Positions 10,801 to 21,319 are shown, counted from the stretch's first letter. The stretch is DNA of 23,995 nt from Tubiluchus corallicola (GCA_030141605.1 JAQGDQ010001828.1:1-23995), one strand, 5' to 3'. Made by a program: numbers and translations. Notes: generated by a model from the sequence alone, not told the origin.

Positions 10801-11383
10801 TTCAATGCCAACCAAAGCGAAACGTGCAAGTATTTAAAAAATAAAGCCGCTTTTTTGTATCTGGCCAGTCAATAGTGAATTTTGACAGCAAGTGTCCACC
10901 AGCGTGTCAGTGGAGTTTTAAATAATGTTCATATCACCAATTCACAACCCTAGTTCTTACCAGAGCAGACGCCAGGAAGGGGGGGAATTAGAAAATTGTT
11001 AGCTGTACCCTAGCAAGGCCGAATATTGATGTTTCCCCCTTCGTGCAGTACGCAGTCTCAGGGAAAAAGTGTTGAAAGCTTGAGGCTCCACCGTTAGCCA
11101 CATTTATATACTAAAAATTGAAAGCCCATATGAAGGTCTTAATTCTTTATTACCAGTCGTGATAATTACAGACATACTATTTGTGCATAGGCCTTCTAAA
11201 ACAAACTTTCCTGGCTTTTTTATCCTAGAAATCTTTCATCCAAAATCAAAGCTTTTGTAATGTCATTTTCTATTATTAACATCATTTATTTTCGAACACA
11301 CCTGTACAGTCAAATGACATAAATGGTTCAATTAAAAGAAATTAGTAGACTAGTAGCAAACGTAAAATAAATATTAAACATTG

Positions 11384-11419
<36 letters not shown>

Positions 11420-11451
11420 GCAACAGCAGCAGCAGCAACAACAACAACAAT

Positions 11452-11482
<31 letters not shown>

Positions 11483-11512
11483 AAAACAACAATAGCACAA
11501 CAACAACAACGA
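11384..11512. repeat. (CAA)n/(CAG)n trinucleotide microsatellite
   Basis: Directly visible; gives the poly-L, poly-C, poly-V and poly-T ORFs. Confidence 0.96.
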
Positions 11513-12567
11513 AAACAAGCACAAATATTATTTACATACAATAAGGCAAAGCCATTCATTTAATAAGACACCACATATTCTAACATTTCTCTCAACTGAT
11601 ACTTCAACAAAAAATTAAAATTCCTGTTTTCAATACAACTTATACAATCTTTTGCTAAATTTATTGTCGCTAGCTGCCTGGAACTTACCTCGCATCTTTT
11701 CACAATTTTACGAGATAATGTATATTAATAATAATAATAACAACAACAATTATAATAATTAGCAAACTGTCTTAATAAATGCAAAAAAACTGATCATTTC
11801 ATTAACACAGCGCTAAAAAGACAACTGTAAAACATGTTTAGTACAATTAAATTGTACCTTTATTTCTATTGTAATGGCAGTAATAACTTTGTACTAACTG
11901 ATTAATAAAAATTACATTTAAAACATTAATTTCATAAATGCATTTACATAAAACAAATGAGATTTCTTACCAAATCTAGTACACAAAACTTCCTGTTTTT
12001 ACATACATATGCAACACCGAGTGCTCTAATAATAAAGATGATAATAATTGATATTATTCAGAAATAAATCAATAATAGTACGTAATGGATGGTGGCCCTT
12101 TTTAACAAAGATGCCCTAATTTTGGATCATAAAATTAAGCTATCCAAACAGCTTAATATAAGTTTAAGCTATTGGATCTTGAATCCAATATCATTCCATT
12201 AGGGCTGGTAGATTTTCAAAATCATTGCAAACTTCATAATGCTTCTTTACACAAACTGTCAAATTATGATAATATTTTCCCAAGTCAGACACTTCTGTAG
12301 TTGAACTGGTTTTGCAAAGAGGTCATTTCTGCTCTGAGTTAAACGCGTCTTGCCGTTGTTGCGTTATGCGAGGGTAATTTTTTATCGGCTCGCAGCAAAA
12401 CCAAATTTGCCTGCTCAAATATTAAAATGAATAAATTATCTAGAGCATCCGTTATTCTCAAAACTCTTCTGCACAAGCTGAAAATTTGAAATTTATTTCA
12501 CGGCTTCGTATTTGTAAGAAGTAAAAATGCGCTGTATATTTTCCAGAAGTAAAAATGCGAGCCTGCG

Positions 12568-13046
12568 AACCCAACTATTGTGACGTCACAAACGAACATA
12601 ATTTTCAACAGCAAAAACTTTCAATGAGCGTGTTGCACGCGTTTGAGAACGCGAAAATTGAAGTACATTTGCTACTGTAAGATATTCGGTGTGTTGTACT
12701 AAAGCTAGGCACTAGATAAAAATTGAAATTTATAATTTAACGCTGTGCTCACGTATGAGCTGTCGAACATGTGTAGTTCATCACAAACTAACACCTCTGA
12801 ACTGAGAGGTACAGCACCTTGTTTTTGTGCAACGTGTTTCCGAGATACAGGCGCTAGTGCCCGTCTAACTAGCGGATAGCGAAATGCACGTAACAGCAAA
12901 GAAATAGTGGCACGAACGTGTTTGTAACTTTTGTGTGTTAATAATTCTATCACGTAAGTCATTCTTGAAAAATAGTATGCTTCCTTTCAATATTTTATAG
13001 GGTAGATTGTCTTGAGATATAGTTTAAGATTGGGTCCGGTTTTCCT
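12568..13046 (+). mobile_element. Kolobok-type MITE family A, 5'-truncated, long right end
   Basis: Colinear with 17281-17677. Ends TTGGGTCCGGTTTTCCT|TTCA. Confidence 0.88.
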
Positions 13047-13584
13047 TTCATATTTATTCGTGTGAATTGCTGGTATTATATTAACAAACACCTCTAACGT
13101 TTCTACAAACCTGCTACGAAGCTCTCTAATTCGTCCCCCCCCCCCAACTCTCTTGGTTTTCTCGTCTCGTTCAAGGTAAAACTGCTGGATTGAATTTTTG
13201 TTTGCCATGAACGGGTTTGACAAAATTCGATTTGCCCGAAATAATGGAATTTTAAAAAAGCAGATTAAGCGTGATGAAAGCGCGTTGCACAGAATCGTAG
13301 TAAAATCAAGTTAACAGACAATTCACGTGAGAATTTTATAAATGCAGTACAATCGATTTCTAATCGATGAATAAAGGTATATGTTGCTGAGATAAGCCTC
13401 TCTTTTCCAAATGCAAAATTTGGTTATTCAATAGATCTCTTAAGCTTGGTAGGAAGACTTATTTGAAGCCATTCAACAATATTGTCCAGTGTTAGAGTTT
13501 TGAAGTACGTTATTGGTTTTTCAGTTGTCGAAAGGCGATTTAGTTTACAGAGAAGTATCTCTATCTTTTTATCGGGATCTAATT

Positions 13585-13975
13585 TATTCGTTCGTTTGTT
13601 CGTTAGTTCGTTTGTTCGTTCGTTCGTCCGTCCGTCCGTTCTTTTGTTCGTTTGTTTGTCCGATAAATTCGTTCTTTCATTGGTTTGTTGGTTGGTTCGT
13701 TCGTTCGTTCGCTCGTTCGTCCGTCTGTCCATCCCTTCGTTCGTTCATTGGTCCCAATCGTTCGTTCCTTCGTCCGACCATCCGTCCGTTCTTTTGTTCG
13801 TTCATTTGTTCGTTCCCTCGTTCTTTCATTCGTTTATTCGTCCGTCCGTCCATCCTTTCGTTCGTTCATTTGTCCCATTCGTTCGTTGGTTTGTTCGTTC
13901 GTTCGCTCGCTCGCTCGTTTGTTCTTCCGTTCGTTCGTTCATTCATCCATTCACTTATGTCTTTCATTCATTATT
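13585..13975. repeat. Degenerate (TTCG/TCCG/TTTG)n microsatellite
   Basis: Directly visible; source of ORFs 13424-14124. Confidence 0.94.
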
Positions 13976-14044
13976 TCCAATTGGGCGAAATTTTACTTAA
14001 TAACCTGCAAATACTAGAGAACTGGCAAACGATAACTGACCAAA

Positions 14045-14720
14045 ATTATAATGATATTAATGTTACGTCACAGACAAAATTGATTAAATGTGATTCCAAA
14101 CTGGAAAGACACGGAATGTGCTAGAGTTCGGATACAGCCTGCTTGCAAGGCAGACGCCTCAGACCACTAAGCCACTGTCAAGGGAGTCCAAAGCTCACTC
14201 CTTACAGTTGACCAATCAAACTGGGCACTTCTAATGTTAGATCGCCCGGCTAGAAGGATTCTACCTAATTAGATTTGCGTTTACTTTTATGAATTTACAG
14301 GTTATTAATTAACTATTATAATCTTAATATCTAGATTATTATTAATAATAGTAATAGACAAACCTACACAATTGACACAATTAATAATAGACATAAATAA
14401 TAGACACCATTAATAAAATTTGATACCAAAATTTGAAAGACAAAAAAGTGCAAACGTTGGAACGCTGGCTGGTTTTGAACCAGCGGTCTTCTTCATAAAT
14501 TAACCACTTCGCTGAATACGGTTGGCCAGTTACAAAGGATGAAATTTGGACTGACACCTGTAGACAGCCTAATGGTCTTAGTCTTCTGCCTTGTCACTAG
14601 AAGATTCCCGGTTCAAATCCCCACTGTATCTCAATTTTTTAATCTCTTTTAAATTCGGTATTAAATTGTGAGTTTCTGCCATCATTACAAATGATCATGA
14701 CATTAACATTACAATCATTT
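14045..14720. other. Three homologous tRNA-like modules (two minus, one plus); SINE-like or pseudo-tRNA
   Basis: Minus from ~14180: GTGGCTTAGTGGTCTGAGGCGTCTGCCTTGCAAGCAGG. Minus from ~14513: AGCGAAGTGGTTAA...GGTTCAAAACC...TTTTTT. Plus from ~14563: AGCCTAATGGTCTTAGTCTTCTGCCTTGTCACTAGAAGATTCCCGGTTCAAATCCC...TTTTTT. All share a downstream TCTTT..A.TTYGGWATYA.ATT block. Confidence 0.6.
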
Positions 14721-14817
14721 TATTATTAATAATAATTATTTTTAATTACTACTACTAATTACAGAACGGATTTGTTTTTTCCTTTCAAAGGTATCTAAAA
14801 ATGTAGTGAGCCCTTAA

Positions 14818-15356
14818 AGGAAAACCAGATGATTGTGTAAACATTAGTTCAGAATAAAGAATGCTCTAAAATATTGAAAACTACAATAGCTTATTTTAAA
14901 TCAAAGCTTAGATCAAATAATAATTACCTCGGATATTCAAATTTCGTTAAACTTTCAAAGCTACGCGCGGCTCAGTGAATCTACTAAGATTGGCAAGGGC
15001 GCCTTTTGTCAAATTCGCGTGGCCGACAATTAGAAGACGGTATCGTGATAACCATGATCATTGACTGCAGTGTTAGTTTCTGACGTCAAATGATGTAAAG
15101 CCCATTTTCCGTGACATCACGCGTTTACGCAGTAACACTTACGCAAACGTGCTTGACGCGCAAGGGATCATGACTGCCATTCCACAAACTGTGGTTAGTT
15201 TCTGACGTAAGCAATAGCTGCGTTCGGTTACCGTTAATTAACTTTCCACGCTAATTATTCAAATATAAGAAACGATTGCTAACTTTTATAGGCAAGAAAA
15301 TGTAGATTTTGGACAGTAAATTGAAATGAGATTCTAAACAATCGTCCGCTCTTCCT
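14818..15356 (+). mobile_element. Kolobok-type MITE family B, full length (539 bp)
   Basis: TTAA|AGGAAAACCAGATGATTGTGTA...TAAACAATCGTCCGCTCTTCCT|TTAA. TIRs match 17/22. TTAA at 14814-14817 and 15357-15360. Confidence 0.85.
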
Positions 15357-15386
15357 TTAAATCCACGGTGCAGCAAACCTAGTAAG

Positions 15387-15480
15387 CTTACCTGTAGCAG
15401 ACTGTCAGTAAATTTCGCGCCATTAGATTGCGTATCGTTTGTCAATGATTTTCCCGCCTTCAGATTTCGCGCCATTTGCC
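15387..15480 (-). promoter_or_regulatory. Triple E2F-site cluster overlapping a candidate first exon with a strong splice donor
   Basis: TTTCGCGC (15413-15420), TTTCCCGC (15450-15457), TTTCGCGC (15465-15472). Minus-strand AAATGGCG with ATG at 15475, and CAG|GTAAGC donor at 15392/15391. Confidence 0.5.
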
Positions 15481-16411
15481 TGGGTTCGCTGGCTCAATGG
15501 GTTTTAAACATCAGGTATTATAGGCGGCTTGAGTACACGAGAACGTTTTGGTTGTCAATAGTGTGTGAGACTGTATTCACATTGGTTTTTTTTGCTAGTT
15601 CTTTGATTTTTTACTGTTAGTGTACCTGAACCTTAACTTGTTCGTCTCAAGACTGGGGCAATGATGTAAATAACAATCATATTTAGTTAAATAATTTGAA
15701 CTTGATGTTTAGTAACTTGAAACGTAGTTAGAATGTGAGGTAAAAATGTAATTAGTCTAGAAAAGGTTTCAGTTGATTTGTGCTACAGAATATTGGCAGT
15801 ATGTATTACTTTCTGTACTTTTTTAATATTGTATTTTCCTTTATGACAGCTTCATTTTCATATTGTAAGTTTCAATATGTCAGACAATAGCACATTTGCC
15901 TTAAATTTTCTGTGTAATTTGTCTCTTATTATTTATTTATTTGTTTAGAATAAACAACTAGGCAACCTAAGATGTTTTCTTGTGTCCGTTACACTTACCG
16001 TTAGCTCACTACGAGCAAATCAAGTTTCAAATTCCATTCATTCAACTCATCGTATATCTTTCCTGACTAGTTGACACACTTAACTTAATTTTCCCCTGAT
16101 AAAGAAGTTTTACTTTCACGGCTTGTCTTAGTTTCGTTTTGTCGACAACTCAATAGCTTGTCTCCGAGAGAACGAATGTTCTAAGCGGAAACTAAATTAA
16201 ATTGTCGTATTCATTGAGCAAAACCGGAAAAAGATTTGTGTTAATGAGTTCTAGACGTTATTTTCCCTGGCTGCTCATTTTAGCGAAATACCTTATACAA
16301 CAGCTATCAATCAAGATAACTCTCTTTACTTCTACTAGCAAAATTACAAATACTTACGCTCATATGCATGCAAGTCTGACATGCTCTCATGCAGTTCAAA
16401 TAATTTGTTAA

Positions 16412-16640
16412 AGCAAAACCGGAGCTAATCCTAAACTGTAGGTCAAAACAATCTACTCCTTAAAATTTTGAAAGGTAACATACTATTTTTTCAAAAATGA
16501 CTTACGTGAAAGAATTATTACCACACAAACACAATTTCACGTTCGCGCCACTAGTTCTTCGCTGTTACATGTATTTCGCTATTCGCTAGTTAGACGGGAA
16601 CTAACGCCTGCATTTCGAAAACGCGTTGCACAAAAAAACA
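16412..16640 (-). mobile_element. Kolobok-type MITE family A, right-end fragment
   Basis: TTAA|AGCAAAACCGGAGC..., reverse complement of ~12820-13046. Confidence 0.85.
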
Positions 16641-16649
16641 AACGTATCA

Positions 16650-16880
16650 ATTTCTTTACCTGTCTGTTTAATCATTACCTATTTGTCTTCTGTTAACTAC
16701 TTAATTAGTGCATAATAGGCTCTGCCTATATAAACTGGTTGCTTGTTTGTAAATTTACCTCTCATGATGACAGCAGCAGCTAGTCGAAACGTTCGACATG
16801 ATTTTAACATTTTAATGTAAAAGTTTTAATAAAGTTGCGCTGTTTTCAACTATAAATCTTATTGTTTTGAGAAAATGCAG
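16650..16880 (+). mobile_element. Penelope-like element pseudo-LTR remnant with degenerate minimal hammerhead core
   Basis: TATATAAA (16727-16734), then CTCATGA-TGAC-agcagcagcta-GTC-GAAAC-GTTC (16761-16794), then AATAAA (16828-16833). Boundaries approximate. Confidence 0.6.
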
Positions 16881-17156
16881 TGGCCCTGATATATTATGAA
16901 GACTTGCTTAATGAGTTTCCAAGAAACATATTTATGCGAATTTTCCAGGAAACCTCACAAATTTACGCTGGCGGAACCTGACAGAGATATATGACACAGC
17001 TCATATTATAACGCGAGAAAGATGCAAATTTCTTGAGAAGTTTGGAAAACTCCATTCGAGCTTGTTTTATCCGAATCACAATTGCTGTTGCTTAAAACGG
17101 TTGAAAATCACCCCTGCGTTCAAAAAATTCATCGGTGTGTTGCAGTTTTGTGTTAA

Positions 17157-17677
17157 AGCAAAACAGGACGATTTTGCATATACTACCCCATTTTGATGTA
17201 CGGAAAAATTTATACATTTTAACACATGTAATAATGTTAAAGCATTTCGGATCATTAAGTAATGGGTTAAAAGGACGGCGGGTCCAATTATTAATGACAT
17301 CACAAACTAACATAATTTTCAACAGCAAAAACATTTCACGAGCGTGTTGCACGTGTTTGTGAAAGTGAAAATTGAAGTACAGTGCTACTGTAAGATATTC
17401 AGTGTGTAGTACTAAAACTAGGCAAGTTTTAACATAAAAATTGAAATTTCAAATTGATCACTGTGCTCACGCTTGAGCTGCCGAACGTGTACATTATGTC
17501 ACAAACGAACACATCTGAACCGAGAGGTATAGCACCTGTTTCTTGTGCAATGCGTTCTCGAAATGCAGACGCTAATGCCCGTCTAACTAGCGAATGACGA
17601 AATGCATGGAACAGGTAAGAACGAGTGGCGCTAACGTGAAATTTCGTGTGAACGTTAAAATTGGGTCCGGTTTCGCT
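17157..17677 (+). mobile_element. Kolobok-type MITE family A, both ends intact (521 bp)
   Basis: TTAA|AGCAAAACAGGAC...GTCCGGTTTCGCT|TTAA. TIRs match 11/13. TTAA at 17153-17156 and 17678-17681. Confidence 0.88.
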
Positions 17678-17775
17678 TTAAAATAATTTGGAAACATTGT
17701 TGTGGAAACACTGCTATTACTATAGAATATTATTCCTACTTATTCGCGCATCGAAATTGCAAGATTCTAGAGGGT

Positions 17776-18426
17776 CACTACACTGAGTCCAGTGGGGGAC
17801 GAAGGTTCCTCCGTTAAGTATTATACACTACACTGAGTCCAGTGGGGGACGAAGGTTCCTCCTTTAAGTACTAAACACTACACTGAGTCCAATGGGGGAC
17901 GAAGGTTCCTCCGTTAAGTATTAAACACTACACTGAGTCCAATGGGGGACGAAGGTTCCTCCTTTAAGTATTATACACTACACTGAGTCCAGTGGGGGCG
18001 AAGGTTCCTCCTTTAAGTATTAGACACTACACTGAGTCCAGTGGGGGACGAAGGTTCCTCCGTTAAGTATTATACACTACACTGAGTCCAGTGGGGGACG
18101 AAGGTTCCTCCATTAAGTACTGTACACTACACTGAGTCCAGTGGGGGACGAAGGTTCCTCCGTTAAGTATTATACACTACACTGAGTCCAGTGGGGGACG
18201 AAGGTTCCTCCGTTAAGTATTATACACTACACTGAGTCCAGTGGGGGACGAAGGTTCCTCCGTTAAGTATTATACACTACACTGAGTCCAGTGGGGGACG
18301 AAGGTTCCTCCGTTAAGTATTATACACTACACTGAGTCCAGTGGGGGACGAAGGTTCCTCCTTTAAGTACTGTACACTACACTGAATCCAATGGGGGACG
18401 AAGGTTCCTCCGTTAAGTACTGTACA
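17776..18426. repeat. Minisatellite, 50-bp unit x13
   Basis: CACTACACTGAGTCCAGTGGGGGACGAAGGTTCCTCCGTTAAGTATTATA; the fifth copy has a 1-bp deletion. Confidence 0.97.
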
Positions 18427-18645
18427 ATACAAAACTAGGAATTATAATTTCCGGAAAAATACCCCGAAGCTCAAGGAATTTGTACAAAGAAAGAAAATGG
18501 GTAAGTCATGTTAAAAAGTTGAACAAGTTTGCACTACGTAATGTATAACGTATCACTAGTATGTCTCTTTGATCGGCTGATCAATACGTTGCGAAGAGAA
18601 TCGATGCTCAGTCAATAGTTCCTTATTCACTCTTCGTACGTTACC

Positions 18646-19125
18646 CAATGGTCCATTACGATGTGCTTTTAGTAGGCCTATATAATTTAACACAATGGTC
18701 CATTACGATGTGCATTTAGTAGGCCTATATAATTTAACACAATGGTCCACTACGATGTGTTTTTAGTAGGCCTATATAATTTAACACAATGGTCCACTAC
18801 GATGTGCTTTTAGTAGGCCTATATAATTTAACACAATGGTCCATTGCGATATGCATTTAGTAGGCCTATATAATTTAACACAATGGTCCATTACGATGTG
18901 TATTTAGTAGGCCTATATAATTCAACACAATGGTCCACTACGATGTGCATTTAGTAGGCCTGTATGATTTAACACAATGGTCCACTACGATGTGCATTTA
19001 GTAGGCCTGTATGATTTAACGCAATGGTCCACTACGATATGCATTTAGTAGGCCTATATAATTTAACACAATGGTCCATTACGATGTGTATTTAGTAAGC
19101 CTATACAATTTAACACAATGGTCCA
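18646..19125. repeat. Minisatellite, 47-bp unit x10 plus 10 bp
   Basis: CAATGGTCCAYTACGATGTGCATTTAGTAGGCCTATATAATTTAACA starting at 18646 and every 47 bp up to 19116. Confidence 0.97.
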
Positions 19126-19284
19126 ATTATTGATGACATCACAAACTAGCTTAACTGGAAAATGTGTTTGCGTGGTAATAACGTTTTTATGTAAATCATT
19201 TTTGAAGAAATAGAATGTTCCCTTTCAGTATTTTAAAGAGTAGACTATTTTAACCTGCAGTTTAGCATTGGGTTCACTTTTCCT
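19120..19284 (+). mobile_element. Kolobok-type MITE family A, internally deleted fragment
   Basis: GGTCCAATTATTGATGACATCACAAACTA (compare 17281) fused to the family right end; ends GGGTTCACTTTTCCT|TTAA. Confidence 0.78.
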
Positions 19285-19792
19285 TTAAACTTAAAGCAAA
19301 CGCATAATGAAAATTTCAATTAAACTGTGGAAATGTCTTTATTTGCTGCCTGTCGCTGCTCCCTAAGCAAATAAAGTGGCTGATTTCTTATGTCAACAGA
19401 ACTTACGAAATGCTAGCTTGGCAGTGAAACGTTACAATGTTAACAGTGTAAACTGAGACGAACTTAAAAATACAACAATAAAAAATTGATCTCATTAGAA
19501 ACTGTTAGGTTAAAGTGATGTAATGTAAGTTGTTGAAAAGTGCTCTGATTTTCGATACATAATTCATTTTTAAATAGAAGAAAGTGTAATTTAACGCACG
19601 TTTCACAAAACTTTCCACACAAAGTTACCGTATATTACTTGTTATTTATAAATATCATTTATTTTCAAAATAAAATAATACATGTATATCATATACATAA
19701 TAATATATATATATAATATATGTTACTTAATATTATATAATATTATATATATTACAACATATAATATATAGTATAACGCATGTATATGACAA

Positions 19793-20259
19793 AATTGATG
19801 CATAATGAATATATTAATGAATATGCTTTGACTTTTTAAGATTATAGTGCTTAGAATTATACTTACCTCCTTGAAAGACTTATGTAATTGATGCGTAATG
19901 AATATATTAATGAATATGCTTTGCCTTTTTAAGATTATATTACTTAGAATTATACTTGCCTCCTTGAAAGACTTATGTAATTGATGCGTAATGAATATAT
20001 TAATGAATATGCTTTGCCTTTTTAAGATTATATTACTTAGAATTATACTTACCTCCTTGAAAGACTTATGTAATTGATGCGTAATGAATATATTAATGAA
20101 TATGCTTTGCCTTTTTAAGATTATATTACTTAGAATTATACTTACCTCCTTGAAAGACTTATGTAATTGATGCGTAATGAATATATTAATGAATATGCTT
20201 TGCCTTTTTAAGATTATATTACTTGGAATTATACTTACCTCCTTGAAAGACTTATGTAA
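19793..20259. repeat. Minisatellite, 93-bp unit x5
   Basis: AATTGATGCGTAATGAATATATT...CTTACCTCCTTGAAAGACTTATGT starting at 19793, 19886, 19979, 20072 and 20165. Confidence 0.97.
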
Positions 20260-21102
20260 CCAGAAAAGAGAATTCTTAGTAATTTTAAATGTTAGCGCCA
20301 ATTGGAAGGTAAATTGTCAAATTATCTACATACATATAATGTTATATCATGTATCTTTGGCTATCTAACTACTGAATTGTATTTCGATGTTGTCTCTAAA
20401 CTCTGGTTAAATATTTTTGTTTTAGATGCCTTGATAATGAACAGTTTTGTTCGAAACCGGTCGGCAATAAATTCCATTTTGATGACGTTCGCTTTGGTTT
20501 GGATTTTTCCACTTGAAGCCCAGCGTAAATTCTTATTAGCTGTGAATGGACTTTCTGTCCAGCGCATTCCATCATGGCAGTCGATAACCCAAATCTCCAA
20601 GCCACAGTTGCCTCATTTACTCTGTTCATAATCGTTTTGTGATTGGCAAATTCGTGACGATGAGAAGCTAAATGATCGTATTAGATCTACGCTTACTATC
20701 TAATGGCCGCGTCCGCAGAGACGTCCTAAGCTTTGATAAAATATTGCCACATTCATTAGACGAATATCATCGGAATGTCATCGGAATATGCTAAACGATT
20801 CCGCCATTAGGATAATGTGCTTGCCTTGCAAATGGGCGCAATTCCGTGTACCAATCCAAGTTATTCGAGCGAATGTGTATCTTTTGCATTAGTAATACAA
20901 TGAATCAATATTCATTGCAATGTCAAAATACACAGTCGATGTTTTGAAACATGTTTTTTTGCACTCGGTATTTTTAACCTCATCTATCACTGGGCTGTTT
21001 GCCGCGTTACACTTTCTAGTAAATTATATATTATATAAACTTCCCAGAATTAGTTGTCAAACATCAAACAACTTCTTAATGATAATTGACCTGTGAGCTT
21101 AA

Positions 21103-21307
21103 AGGAAACAAACTATTCTTTCAAACATGACTTACGACAAAGAATTATTACCACACAAACACAATTTCACGTTCGTGCCACTAGTTCTTCGCTGTTACAT
21201 TCATTTCGCCATTCGTTACTTAGACGGGCACTAGCGCCTGCGTTTTGGAAACGCATTGTACAAAAACAGGTGCCGTACTTCTCAGTTCAGACGTCTTAGT
21301 TTGTGAC
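21103..21307 (-). mobile_element. Kolobok-type MITE family A, fragment starting at an internal terminus-like site
   Basis: TTAA|AGGAAACAAACTATTC...; colinear with 16472-16640 and the reverse complement of ~12780-12986. Confidence 0.83.
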
Positions 21308-21319
21308 TCACCTTTACAA

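Noticed and set aside
11328-11563. Poly-Q, poly-T, poly-L or poly-C coding exon
   Set aside because: Trinucleotide microsatellite with AT-rich, stop-rich flanks and no complex coding context.
13424-14124. Long ORFs up to 203 aa
   Set aside because: Produced by the stop-free (TTCG)n tract.
14563-14630. Functional tRNA gene
   Set aside because: A and B boxes are present but I could not form a proper acceptor stem or full cloverleaf; treated as a tRNA-derived repeat.
17153-17681. piggyBac classification of the TTAA MITEs
   Set aside because: Termini are AG...CT, not CC...GG, which favours Kolobok.
19723-20301. 192-aa repeat protein
   Set aside because: Follows from a 93-bp (multiple of 3) satellite unit; no recognisable domain and the end runs into AT-rich low-complexity sequence.
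20302-20631. Coding exon among three overlapping ORFs
   Set aside because: No recognisable homology in any frame and no consistent exon chain.
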